Positions 19,241-28,819 of a stretch of 64,000 bases of DNA are shown in pieces. The number at the start of each line of letters is the position of its first letter. Within the stretch, counting starts at the first letter, position 1. The notes below the pieces were generated by a model. That model saw only the letters and a list, made by a program, of their open reading frames with translations, had not been told where the DNA came from and ran no database searches. The translations under genes were made by a program, and so were the position numbers. Origin of the DNA: Clostridia bacterium. Its GTDB lineage: Bacteria > Bacillota > Clostridia > Saccharofermentanales > UBA5734. The stretch is from NCBI GenBank assembly GCA_040776905.1, contig JAXGZQ010000001.1:795280-859279 (forward strand), written 5' to 3'.

Positions 19241-21564
19241 GATCGCTCGATCTCCACATACATGGTCGCCAGATCTTCCAGCTGATGCCGTTTCAGTTCT
19301 TCTGACCCGGCCAGCCGCTTCCCTTCCGGTGAAAGTGGCCAGAGCCTTACCGGTGCAGGTGCTTCCAGGACGCCTTCAAGCGCATCGATCATCACCGGGC
19401 CGTCACCACTACTAACAAGGACGCGGCTTCCATCAGGATCCTGTTCAAAGACCATATCCTGATTGCCGCACCATCCGAGCGCGACCAGCAGCAGATGGCT
19501 TGATTCGTCGGTCGGTTTGCCATCAAGACTGAGCAGCGACACCGTCATTTTTTCATTGTTGATCTGCAGAACATATTGCCCCAGTTTGATCTCGCCTTTA
19601 ATCTGCCCGGAAATAGTTTTGAGTTGCGGAGTTTCAATCGCAAACCGGCCGCGGCCAAAGTCAAAGTCGAGTTCATCCGTATCGGAAACCAGCCGGCGAT
19701 TATCAATCAGGCCCTGGTTCCGCCGCAACAATCCCCAGTCTTTCAACGCCTGGTCAAGGACCTGCGAATAAGCGTCGCTGCTTTGCTCCAGCATGGCACT
19801 TGCTTCTTCGTCAAGAACTTTGATATTGTCACCGGTTTGTCGATGCATGGTCAGGAATCGGTTCAGTCCATTATATTGATGCGCACCATCGATGTACGGT
19901 TGCCTGGCATAGACAAAGGCATGTTCAGCTCTCCGGTAATCACCGGTCGGTGTGTGTCCGCTGGCAATGGCCACTTGGGCATGGCCCTGGTACTGCAGTC
20001 CGATGAAACGTGCCGCGACGCGGGAAATATAACTGGTATATCCATACGGAGTGATCCAGCTTCTGGGAACGGCGTACAGATCGTCTTCCGAATAGCAGAT
20101 CTCCAGCTGATTCCTGCCCTGTTGAACCAAACCCTTCTGGAAAAGATAGGAACACAGGCCGATCTGTCCCCAAGTCGCGGGATCATTGTACAGGTCAAAG
20201 GGGCCGTTCAGCCGGGTGTCATCATCCAGCTGCATGTCACTGCCGTGATTATAGGCATAAAGGACCATGCCGTCCCAATCCTGAAGACAGGCGTAGGCGG
20301 CCACCATCGGCAAACCATCACTGCGAAAATCCGTCCCGTAGAGAATATTCCATTCCGCGGCGATAAACGGTTTGCCGACAACGCGGTCATGATTCAGCCT
20401 CGTCACCAGATTCAGTTTGAACGGACTGTCGACGATGGTCTGACGCGGGTCATTCTCCACCATGTTGATGGAGTGGTAGCGAGGACGATCCTGGCGAACC
20501 GTATCTGGATGATTCCAATACGCGTTATCTTGATTGACATCTGCGTACCGGTCAATGCTGTAGATATCGGCCGCCCCTTGGGCATGATTGGTGATATTGA
20601 TGGGGCAGCGGACTCCGATTGACAGAAGATGGCTGCGCATTTCCCTGGCAAAATCCAACTGGATGCCCGTTAGAAATTTCGTATAATCCGAGTAGCGGGC
20701 CGGGGAAACGATTTCGTCAGACTGGTCAATATACATCTGTGTTCCTTCAAGGTGAGGAATCCGCCGGACACTGCCAACCGCCGGGTCTTCATCATCTCTC
20801 AGAGCACAGGAACCGACAGCGTCGGTCCACGCAAGCGCCAGTGCCTGTCTCGAACCGTATTTCGCAAGCAGCCAGTGATTGAACCGCTGGTCAAGTTCCT
20901 GACGATACGAAGGCAATCCGACCAGGTCACGGCCTTCATACCAGAAAATCCCATCTTCATTCATCACCTGGACAATCGCGATCGCCGGATCATCCACATA
21001 TCGCAGACCAGTGTACGCATTGAAATGAGTGAGATAGGCTGTCGCATATTCTTTTTGCAGTTCAATCAACCTGCGGTTGAACACATTGGCCTGTTTGTGA
21101 TATTTCATCATATCATCAGGATAATCCAGATCGTCCCCTGGCAGAAATCCGCGATAACAGAAAAGATCGAGCTGAATATAGATACCTTTTTTCTTCAGCT
21201 GATCAATCAAAAAATCAATGCCGTCCCATTTTTCCTGGTTGAACGAGCGGGAGTGGCCTTTTCGATAATCAATCAGGCTGTCTTCTCCATGCCTTGGTAT
21301 GAAATCCTCGGCATGAATACGGACAAAATTGACACCGTGATGGGCCAGCCGATCAGCAATCACCGAAAAATCCTCTTTACCGGACATCAGGTTATGGAAA
21401 GCGATGTTAAATCCATAGAAACGAATCCGATCGGATCCGGCGAAAAAATGACCATCCCGGATTGTGATGAACCCATATTTTCCAGCTGGAGCATCCAGCA
21501 GTCCACTGAAATCAAGCACGCCTTCATTGATTGAATCCTTTTTGAATTTGAATGGATGTTTCAT
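19237..21564 (-). CDS. putative clan GH-A (beta/alpha)8 glycoside hydrolase, family unassigned
   Basis: I chose the start at the ATG (MKHPFKF) with GGAGG 8 nt upstream. The ORF is open to 21597. The N-terminus reads ...RFYGFNI...GVNFVRIH and there is a VMNEDGIFW candidate NE acid/base motif. The stop overlaps the GH2 start (ATGA). Confidence 0.4.
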   Translation of the reverse strand: MKHPFKFKKDSINEGVLDFSGLLDAPAGKYGFITIRDGHFFAGSDRIRFYGFNIAFHNLMSGKEDFSVIADRLAHHGVNFVRIHAEDFIPRHGEDSLIDYRKGHSRSFNQEKWDGIDFLIDQLKKKGIYIQLDLFCYRGFLPGDDLDYPDDMMKYHKQANVFNRRLIELQKEYATAYLTHFNAYTGLRYVDDPAIAIVQVMNEDGIFWYEGRDLVGLPSYRQELDQRFNHWLLAKYGSRQALALAWTDAVGSCALRDDEDPAVGSVRRIPHLEGTQMYIDQSDEIVSPARYSDYTKFLTGIQLDFAREMRSHLLSIGVRCPINITNHAQGAADIYSIDRYADVNQDNAYWNHPDTVRQDRPRYHSINMVENDPRQTIVDSPFKLNLVTRLNHDRVVGKPFIAAEWNILYGTDFRSDGLPMVAAYACLQDWDGMVLYAYNHGSDMQLDDDTRLNGPFDLYNDPATWGQIGLCSYLFQKGLVQQGRNQLEICYSEDDLYAVPRSWITPYGYTSYISRVAARFIGLQYQGHAQVAIASGHTPTGDYRRAEHAFVYARQPYIDGAHQYNGLNRFLTMHRQTGDNIKVLDEEASAMLEQSSDAYSQVLDQALKDWGLLRRNQGLIDNRRLVSDTDELDFDFGRGRFAIETPQLKTISGQIKGEIKLGQYVLQINNEKMTVSLLSLDGKPTDESSHLLLVALGWCGNQDMVFEQDPDGSRVLVSSGDGPVMIDALEGVLEAPAPVRLWPLSPEGKRLAGSEELKRHQLEDLATMYVEIERS

Positions 21565-21620
21565 CTTCTTGACCTCCTCTGATACGATTCTCGACATTTT
21601 TACGGCCTGGCAGGGAACTG

Positions 21621-23090
21621 TCAGCGGATTTCTGACCTTCTGATTTCGCGGATCACCTCACCGGCTGCCACAAGATTCTGATGCTTCATCTCGCCGAACA
21701 CACGACTGAGAACAACCCCCTGCGCACCGCATTGCCAGGTGGTTCTGATCGCGTCCTGAAGTTCATCAGGACGTGTCGGGTGATAACCAGGATGCCCTGC
21801 CGGTCCGCTGGGCATGTCAATGCCGATGCCCGGATAGACTGGAATCTCATGTTTCAAATACTCAAGATAGCTTTTTGTCGACCGTCGGATATAATCCATG
21901 CCCAGGCTTTTCTCCGGCAATTTGTCAAACGGAACTTCCTGCCATCCCAGTATCGTGTTCATAGCGGAATAGGCTTTCTCAAGTGGCCGGTCCGGAAACA
22001 TGGCCTGGGCCATTTTTTCAACCTGGAGATGATAGCGATATCCAACGCTGCCGACATCCATTTTAGGCTTGACCCAGTCGGCATACAGCCTCATGTCGCT
22101 GACATCAAAACTGGCACGCTCAAACAGGCTGTAATCCCTTGGATGCCAGACATGCCATCCGAGTTCACGATCCGGACTGACCGCTTTGACAGTCCCGTAC
22201 AGTTCCTTGAACCAACTGTGAAGACTGCCGTACCACATTTGGTTCCAGGCCAGAATTTCCGGCCAGCGCATCAAAATACGCATGAATTCGATGAAATAAC
22301 CATCAACGGGGGCTGATGCATCTGTCACATCGGTCATCAAAGGGGCCGGACGGCACAGCCAATGCCCGGCTCTTACAGCACTCAACCAGCTTTTTTCTGA
22401 AAATTTCAACAGTTCCAGATACCCGGTCCGGGCTCTTTCCACATTAATACCGAGCCGTGATGCCCTGTCCTGGCAATGCTGACAAAAGCAGGCCGGTGCC
22501 GATGGTTTGCGGGTCGGATATGCGGAACCGAAATTGCCGAGCAGGGTATTTTCAATCGGACCAAACCGTTCAATATTGAAATTAATCCCATCAATCGGAT
22601 AGTTGCGCAGCTGTTCCTCAAGAACAGCTTGATAATAAACTCTGTAATCAGGATGACTCACACACGGTTTATGTCCCTTTCGGCCGAAGACGTCAATTTC
22701 CAGGACTTTGCTCAGATTGGGCAGGACAGCGTTCGGCAGAATTTCATGACCTTGTTCATCAAGGATCCTCTTCCCGCCCAGATGGGAAATAGGCATGGTG
22801 TTCTCATAGGCAAGAACATGGGAGTAAACTTTGATTCCTTTTCTGTGTGCTTTATCGGTAACAGCGGCGAGAACATCATACTCCCCCAGCTGCCGGGGAC
22901 GAACATCGCGCAGGATGGTTCCGTGAAAGAATGAGTCATCCGGGGTGTAATGGCATGTTCCGTAAAATGTATGAGCGTTGACGATCAGGGCATTAACCCC
23001 TGCGGTCTCGCTCAGATAGTCCAGCAGCTCGTTTTCGCCGCGCTCCATCAGATCACTTGTATTGACGGGTAAACCAGTAAAAAATTCCAT
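21621..23090 (-). CDS. uncharacterised protein, possibly a GH-like TIM barrel with a CxCxxC motif
   Basis: The ORF is open to 23135, and the start is ambiguous (23135, 23108 or 23090). It contains ACFCQHCQ. I recognise no family with confidence. Its position in the polysaccharide locus is the only functional hint. Confidence 0.3.
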   Translation of the reverse strand: MEFFTGLPVNTSDLMERGENELLDYLSETAGVNALIVNAHTFYGTCHYTPDDSFFHGTILRDVRPRQLGEYDVLAAVTDKAHRKGIKVYSHVLAYENTMPISHLGGKRILDEQGHEILPNAVLPNLSKVLEIDVFGRKGHKPCVSHPDYRVYYQAVLEEQLRNYPIDGINFNIERFGPIENTLLGNFGSAYPTRKPSAPACFCQHCQDRASRLGINVERARTGYLELLKFSEKSWLSAVRAGHWLCRPAPLMTDVTDASAPVDGYFIEFMRILMRWPEILAWNQMWYGSLHSWFKELYGTVKAVSPDRELGWHVWHPRDYSLFERASFDVSDMRLYADWVKPKMDVGSVGYRYHLQVEKMAQAMFPDRPLEKAYSAMNTILGWQEVPFDKLPEKSLGMDYIRRSTKSYLEYLKHEIPVYPGIGIDMPSGPAGHPGYHPTRPDELQDAIRTTWQCGAQGVVLSRVFGEMKHQNLVAAGEVIREIRRSEIR

Positions 23091-23109
23091 ACTATCACCT
23101 GCGGTCATA

Positions 23110-23868
23110 TTATCCGCTGTATTTTTCAGGATCACTGAAAATCAGATGTGCACCACCGTCCATGATCATGGTCGTGCCGGTCAATGATTGTGTAAACGGT
23201 CCGCAAAGAAACAAAACGACCTGGCCGATTTCTTCGAGAGAAATCCAGCGTCTGAGCGGGATTTCTTGATAAGTCGGTTCCTTTTTGCCCATACGGGGGG
23301 CCCCGGTATCAACATAGCCGGGAGCCAGACAGTTGACTCTGATTCCATAACGGGCAAATTCCATCGCGGCAGCCTGCGTCAGGCGGTTGAGCGCGTACTT
23401 CACGCTGCCGTACAGGGAATTGCCGGGGATGACCATATCAGACTGGTTTGAGCCGATGACAACAATGCTCCCTTTTGTTTCCGTTTCGATCATCCAGCGT
23501 GCCGCCTGCTGGATACAGAAGTAGGTTCCTTTCCAGTTAAGATCACAGATGCGGTCGAATTTCTCTTCTGTTACATTGACGATCAGATCGCCGTCGGTGA
23601 TGCCAGAGTTGTTGACAAAAACATCCAGATGCCCGAACGTTTCACGGGCTGCCGCAAACAGTGCTCGTATCCCTTCCACAGACGCGATGTCCGCCTGGCA
23701 GATCACAGCAGTTCCACCGAAATGTTCAATCCCGGCCTTAAGTGCTTCAGCCCCCTTTGAGCTGCTGTTGTAGTGGATCATAACCGAATATCCGGCCTTC
23801 GCCAGCTCCAGGGCGATGCCATATCCAACCCCCATACCAGCGCCTGTGACCAATGCTGTTTTTCCCAT
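23110..23868 (-). CDS. SDR-family oxidoreductase
   Basis: TALVTGAGMGVGYG (TGxxxGxG), NNSG and the YGSVK (YxxxK) catalytic motif. The start is taken at MGKTALV with GGAGGA upstream. Confidence 0.85.
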   Translation of the reverse strand: MGKTALVTGAGMGVGYGIALELAKAGYSVMIHYNSSSKGAEALKAGIEHFGGTAVICQADIASVEGIRALFAAARETFGHLDVFVNNSGITDGDLIVNVTEEKFDRICDLNWKGTYFCIQQAARWMIETETKGSIVVIGSNQSDMVIPGNSLYGSVKYALNRLTQAAAMEFARYGIRVNCLAPGYVDTGAPRMGKKEPTYQEIPLRRWISLEEIGQVVLFLCGPFTQSLTGTTMIMDGGAHLIFSDPEKYSG

Positions 23869-23923
23869 GCTGTCCTCCATCTGGAATCATATCCTCAATT
23901 CGGTTTGTGGTGACGTTTCAGAC

Positions 23924-23949
23924 GGTGGCTGTTATGATCAACAGCCACC
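23924..23949 (-). terminator. 10-bp perfect hairpin downstream of the binding-protein gene
   Basis: GGTGGCTGTT-atgatc-AACAGCCACC. There is no clear U-tract. Confidence 0.35.
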
Positions 23950-23996
23950 GCCCAGAAACATATCATCAGATTATCGTTGTGTAGACTATCTTCGTG

Positions 23997-25595
23997 TCAG
24001 CCATTCTTGGACTCCAGCCAGGCTTCATACTGCTTCTGGCCTTCCGTCTGAATATCAGCCAGACCTGCGGCTTCCATACGGCTGACCATCTCATCAATGG
24101 TCGCGTTTGGATCCTCAGCCATGCCAAGTGTCAGAATGCCGTAGTACTCATCCTCAAGGGCATTGATCGCTGCCAGTTGGTTTTTTACTGGTTCTTCGTC
24201 AAAGACAAAGCCGCTGGTTGGAACCATTACAATCTTTTCTTCCAATGAAGCTTCCATCTCAACCTGACGCGGGTCCATATCATTCGGTTTCAGATCATCG
24301 CGATTAAGGCCCCAGGCATATGCTTCCCAGCGGTATTTCTCAAAGTCAGGGCCTTCACTTCTATACTGGTCATCGACCTGGATATAGTGCTTTCCTTCAA
24401 TACCACCCTGAATCAGACGATAGTATTTGGTGTCATTTTTCAACAGGTCCAGCACCATGCCGGCCCGATCCGGATTCTTCGACGCCGCTGCTATCGCGAA
24501 GGCGTCATTAACATAGGGCATCGGGTAAACAATTTTATCTTCTGTCAGGTTATAGTATTCAACGGTAACACCGAGATCGGCCTCAGCCCGTTTACCATAG
24601 CTGAAGACGGTTGAGTTCCACAGGATCGAAGCGCCCTGACCATTGGCAAACGCGTCATGTGAGGACACCGTGTTGGTGATCGCGTCCTGTGACCAGACTC
24701 CGGCTTCGCGCAGGTCTTTCGCGATGTCGCAGAACTCACGGAAAATGTCTGAATCCCAGTAGAGGAAGAAATCATCCCAGGCCGGGGTAGACCCGTCACC
24801 ATATTCATAAGTATGATGTTTGACAATGCCAGCCTTATTCAGCGGAACAAGCTCATTCTTTTTGTCCCATAATCCAGCCAGTCCGTCATTAGTCGCGTTG
24901 GACGCATGAGCCCATATGCCTGATTCCGGCGTCTCCTTTTCCGCAATCACCTTGAGGAAATTCATATAGGAATCCCAGTCAGTCAGTTCAGGGATACCGT
25001 GTTTTTCCCGCAGATCCGCTCTGATCGCGACCAGAGTATGCTCAGCAGCGCTGACATTTCTCGGAATCGCGTAAATTTTCCCGCCGAGATTGACTTCAGG
25101 CCATGAATTCGGATTCTGGTTTTCTTTTGTCTGCGGCATCGCCCGGCTTAAAAAATCCTCGGTGATTTCCAGGAACGCGCCTTTGGCTGATTCCGTATAA
25201 TAGTAGGCCCATGAAGAGGTGTACATGATGTCAACATCCTCGCCTCCGGCCAGAACAAGACTATAGCGAGTCTCCCAGTCCGACCATGCAAGAAAATTGA
25301 TTTTCAGGCTGGTGTTGAAGTCCGCCTCAAGATTCTTGTTGATTTCATCATTCACCAGTTCCAGGTCCTGCGGCGTATCGCCGAGGACAAACATATTAAC
25401 CGTATACGGCTTTGATAGATCAATCGCCGAGTATAGTCCACCTTCATCTGTCGGTTCACTGTCCTCGCCGGTTGTTGTTGTTGCGTCATCTCCACCGGCA
25501 GGCGTGGTTGTTGTCGTGTCTGTTGCGCAGCCAGCCAGCAGACTGACGATCAGCGCCAGTGTCAGCAGCATCAGCAAGATTTTTTTCTGCAGCAT
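23997..25595 (-). CDS. ABC transporter extracellular solute-binding lipoprotein (LplA-like)
   Basis: The start is taken at MLQKKILLMLL with GGGAGG 8 nt upstream. It has an LLAGC lipobox followed by a Thr/Gly/Asp-rich linker. The size (about 530 aa) is typical of family-1 SBPs that partner LplBC permeases. Confidence 0.85.
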   Translation of the reverse strand: MLQKKILLMLLTLALIVSLLAGCATDTTTTTPAGGDDATTTTGEDSEPTDEGGLYSAIDLSKPYTVNMFVLGDTPQDLELVNDEINKNLEADFNTSLKINFLAWSDWETRYSLVLAGGEDVDIMYTSSWAYYYTESAKGAFLEITEDFLSRAMPQTKENQNPNSWPEVNLGGKIYAIPRNVSAAEHTLVAIRADLREKHGIPELTDWDSYMNFLKVIAEKETPESGIWAHASNATNDGLAGLWDKKNELVPLNKAGIVKHHTYEYGDGSTPAWDDFFLYWDSDIFREFCDIAKDLREAGVWSQDAITNTVSSHDAFANGQGASILWNSTVFSYGKRAEADLGVTVEYYNLTEDKIVYPMPYVNDAFAIAAASKNPDRAGMVLDLLKNDTKYYRLIQGGIEGKHYIQVDDQYRSEGPDFEKYRWEAYAWGLNRDDLKPNDMDPRQVEMEASLEEKIVMVPTSGFVFDEEPVKNQLAAINALEDEYYGILTLGMAEDPNATIDEMVSRMEAAGLADIQTEGQKQYEAWLESKNG

Positions 25596-25679
25596 GATAT
25601 GATCCTCCCTCTTGTTGTTATTAATTGCCAATTCTGACAAATCAAACCAATGATCTTCGAGATCAGATGAGTTCTCGCA

Positions 25680-26576
25680 TCACCCCTTCACCGCACCAAT
25701 GGTCAAGCCTTTGACGAAATATTTCTGCACAAACGGATAGAGCAGGATAATCGGCCCTGTTGTGACAACCGTCATCGCCATTTTCATTGATTCCATCGGA
25801 AGCTGAGGAACCTCATGGCCGGATTTCTCCGCAACGCGCCGCAGAGCGTCAACACTGCCTAAAACTCTTTGCAAATAATACTGCAGCATGTACATGCTTT
25901 CTTCACGAATAAACAACATGTTGTGATACCAGTCATTCCAATAGGCCAGTGCGGTAAACAGACCAATTGTCGCCAGGAGCGGAACAGAAAGTGGAAGAAT
26001 CAGTTTCAGGTAAATGGTAAAATCATTCGCGCCGTCGATTTTGGCGGATTCAGTAATGGCTTCAGGAATTCCCCTCATGAAACTTTTGGCGATGATCATG
26101 TTCCAAACACTAAAAAGCAATGGAAATATTAGCGCATAATAACGGTTCGTAAAGCCAAGATAGCGGACACACAATATGTACCAGGGAACCAGACCACCAT
26201 TAAAGAGAGTTGTGAAAAAAAAGAAAAATGAGATTTTATTGCGCCAGATGAAATCCTGACGCTGCAGTACATATCCTGTCATGCTTGTGATGAACAGCGA
26301 AATGCCAGTACCTACCAATGTGACAAAAATCGTGTTGAGATAGGATCTTCCGATAATCGCGGGATTACCGATGACAAGTTTATACCCTTCAACGGAAAAT
26401 TCTGGAATGTAGAGGCTGTATCCGTTTTTGATGATATAGCTCTCTGCCGTGAAAGAACTGGTGATGATCAGATAAAAGGGAAGCAGACATAAAATTGCCA
26501 TAAACGCAAGAACAAGATATCCGACCATATTGAATACGATGACATCTCCAGACATTTTTCTTCGACGATTGGCCAT
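25680..26576 (-). CDS. carbohydrate ABC transporter permease (LplC-like)
   Basis: About 6 TM helices, an EAA-loop region (...ESAKIDGANDFTIYLKLILP) and a C-terminal ...YFVKGLTIGAVKG. Confidence 0.85.
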   Translation of the reverse strand: MANRRRKMSGDVIVFNMVGYLVLAFMAILCLLPFYLIITSSFTAESYIIKNGYSLYIPEFSVEGYKLVIGNPAIIGRSYLNTIFVTLVGTGISLFITSMTGYVLQRQDFIWRNKISFFFFFTTLFNGGLVPWYILCVRYLGFTNRYYALIFPLLFSVWNMIIAKSFMRGIPEAITESAKIDGANDFTIYLKLILPLSVPLLATIGLFTALAYWNDWYHNMLFIREESMYMLQYYLQRVLGSVDALRRVAEKSGHEVPQLPMESMKMAMTVVTTGPIILLYPFVQKYFVKGLTIGAVKG

Positions 26577-26591
26577 GAAAATCTCCTCCAG

Positions 26592-27518
26592 TCAGAACAG
26601 TGAATAGTCCGGCTGTATTTTCTTGACAGCTGTATTGGCGATAAGAATTGAAATGAAGCACAGTACAGACTGGTAAAGACCGGCCGCAGCACCCATACCA
26701 ATATCAGAACTCGACATTAAAGCCCTGAATACATAGGTATCGATAATGTCGGTCGTCGGGAGGAGCAGGGCATTGTTGCCGATTAACTGATAGAACTGGC
26801 CAAAGTCGCCCCGGAAGACCTGTCCGAGATTCAAAAGCATTACGATGATGATAGTTGGAATCAAGGACGGCAACGTAATTCTGACGATCTTCTGCCAGAT
26901 ACTCGCACCGTCAATATCCGCGGCTTCATACATTTCCTGATCGATTCCCGCGATCGCGGCAAGGAAAATAACCGATCCATAACCGACCGTCTTCCAGATA
27001 CGAATAAAGACCATCACGATAGGCCAGTAACTGGGATTTGTATACAGATTGACCGGTGTTCCGTCAAACTGCCGCACCAGATTATTGAAGACACCCTTCT
27101 CGAAATTGAAAATATTGTACATGATGGCGGCGACAACAACCCAACTGATGAAATGTGGCAGGAAAATAGACGACTGAGCCACACGTTTGAATAAACGCCC
27201 CCGCACTTCACTCAGAATGATCGCAAGCAGTACCTGTGAAAATAAACCAGTCGCGATAAACGCCAGATTATAAAGAAGTGTGTTGCGGGTCAGGTTCCAT
27301 AGATTCCCAGTCAAGAGAAGAAACTTAAAATTTTCAAACCCTGTCCATGGACTGCCGAAAATTCCGTCGGCGTATCGGAAATTTTTGAAAGCCAGAACAA
27401 TCCCGCCCATTGGAACATAGGCGAATAGTATGATGTAGGCGATACCAGGGAGAAGCATGAGAAGCAAGATACGGTAATCCTTGACATGCTTCCAGAACGA
27501 CTTAACTTTTTGCCCCAT
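26592..27518 (-). CDS. carbohydrate ABC transporter permease (LplB-like)
   Basis: ...YEAADIDGASIWQKIVRITLPSL (EAA loop). About 6 TM helices. Confidence 0.85.
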   Translation of the reverse strand: MGQKVKSFWKHVKDYRILLLMLLPGIAYIILFAYVPMGGIVLAFKNFRYADGIFGSPWTGFENFKFLLLTGNLWNLTRNTLLYNLAFIATGLFSQVLLAIILSEVRGRLFKRVAQSSIFLPHFISWVVVAAIMYNIFNFEKGVFNNLVRQFDGTPVNLYTNPSYWPIVMVFIRIWKTVGYGSVIFLAAIAGIDQEMYEAADIDGASIWQKIVRITLPSLIPTIIIVMLLNLGQVFRGDFGQFYQLIGNNALLLPTTDIIDTYVFRALMSSSDIGMGAAAGLYQSVLCFISILIANTAVKKIQPDYSLF

Positions 27519-27767
27519 CGTATTCCCTCCTGACTCATTTCGTTTGTGTCATACTAACAGGAAGAACTTAAATATCACACAGCAATTTCTTGTAAAACTC
27601 TGCATTTTTGTATGACTTGCACATTTTTATCAGTGATTACATAAACTATTACCCTCAATTGCAAATTAATCCAGACCAGACTGATCGCCCTTCGTGATAC
27701 CATAAGACTCACTGATCAACTACGTGACCAGTGCCTCATCGAAAATGAATAAAAGAGGAGGATCGCA

Positions 27768-28733
27768 ATGAACGTCATGAGTAAAAACGGTTTCTTTGCT
27801 AAAGGTGCAGACATCGGATGGCTTCAGCAGATGGAGATCACGGGATTCAAATTCTACGATCCGGATGGCAAGGAGAAAGATTGCATTAAAATTCTGAAAG
27901 AGCATGGAATCAATAGTGTCCGTTTCCGTGTCTGGGTCAACCCGAATGATGACCCGAGAACAGGCCACAATAGCATTGAGGAAGTCGCTGTTATGGCTAG
28001 AAGGACTCAGGCCGAAGGGCTTAAATTGATGATTGATTTTCATTACAGTGATTCCTGGGCAGATCCAGGTAAACAGAATAAACCTGCTGCCTGGAATGAT
28101 CATACACCAGAGCAGTTGGCAGAAGATGTCTACCAGCACACCTTTGACAGTTTGACCTATCTGAAGAATGAAGGTATTGACGTTGATTGGGTTCAGGTCG
28201 GTAATGAAATATCATACGGCATGTTATGGCCTGACGCACATATTGATCAGTTTGATCATCTCGCTCACATCCTGAATCGTGGGTATGATGCAGTTAAAGA
28301 AGTCTACCCAGTAGCTGAAGTCATTATTCATCTCGATACTGGCAACGACTCAGAGCGCTTTATCCGTTTTTTTGATCAGTTTACGGCCCGGAACGGAAAA
28401 TATGACACAATCGGCATGTCATATTATCCTTACTGGATTAACACAACGTTCACGGAGAATATCGACGATCTTGAAGCCAATATCAAGGACATGATTGTCC
28501 GATATGACAAGGATATCCTGATCACGGAAATCGGCGGCGTTGACAGCGAACCGGATATTACCTATGACATGATTGTTAATGTGATTGATCGGCTGCGCGC
28601 CATCCCGGATAACAGAGCCTACGGTGTTTTCTACTGGGAGCCACAGGGGGCAGAAATCTGGAGCCATTACAAACTTAGTGCTTGGGGGGCTGATGGCAGG
28701 CCGACACGTGCGATGAAAGCCTTTCTCCACTAA
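27768..28733 (+). CDS. GH53 arabinogalactan endo-beta-1,4-galactanase (no signal peptide)
   Basis: FAKGADIGWLQQME...GINSVRFRVWVNP...DFHYSDSWADPGKQ...VQVGNE...ITEIG are hallmark GH53 motifs, including both catalytic Glu contexts. Confidence 0.85.
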   Translation: MNVMSKNGFFAKGADIGWLQQMEITGFKFYDPDGKEKDCIKILKEHGINSVRFRVWVNPNDDPRTGHNSIEEVAVMARRTQAEGLKLMIDFHYSDSWADPGKQNKPAAWNDHTPEQLAEDVYQHTFDSLTYLKNEGIDVDWVQVGNEISYGMLWPDAHIDQFDHLAHILNRGYDAVKEVYPVAEVIIHLDTGNDSERFIRFFDQFTARNGKYDTIGMSYYPYWINTTFTENIDDLEANIKDMIVRYDKDILITEIGGVDSEPDITYDMIVNVIDRLRAIPDNRAYGVFYWEPQGAEIWSHYKLSAWGADGRPTRAMKAFLH

Positions 28734-28741
28734 ATGTAGCG

Positions 28742-28787
28742 GAAAAAAGATCGTCAGAACGTCCTACAGTTCAGGTGATCTTTTTTC
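28742..28787 (+). terminator. candidate terminator of the GH53 gene
   Basis: GAAAAAAGATC ... GATCTTTTTTC outer arms with inner GAAC/GTTC pairing. The 3' arm ends in a T6 run. Confidence 0.4.
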
Positions 28788-28797
28788 ATGTCAGTTT

Positions 28798-28819
28798 TCA
28801 GACATTTTCGTCAACCTTG
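28798..28819. repeat. left half of 44-bp direct repeat DR-L (interrupted by IS256)
   Basis: TCAGACATTTTCGTCAACCTTG is identical to 37649-37670. The last 9 bp, TCAACCTTG, are the IS target duplication. Confidence 0.85.

Noticed and set aside
17507-21534. Long plus-strand ORFs of 269, 348 and 260 aa lie inside the GH2 and GH-like genes (17507-18316, 19576-20622, 20752-21534).
   Set aside because: Their offsets from the sense-gene ends (630, 339 and 1515 nt) are all multiples of 3. They are therefore codon-aligned shadow ORFs, typical of GC-rich coding DNA. The sense-strand proteins have clear family motifs.
26215-26222. An A8/T8 homopolymer inside the permease gene could be a phase-variation tract.
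   Set aside because: It encodes a Phe run (FFFFF) in a TM segment. The tract is short and there is no evidence of slippage.
27591-27625. An imperfect direct repeat, TGCATTTTTGTAT / TGCACATTTTTAT, in the divergent promoter region could be the YesN-like regulator's operator.
   Set aside because: The match is short and AT-rich in an AT-rich spacer. The 17-nt spacing is not helically phased, and I saw no counterpart upstream of the paralogous locus.
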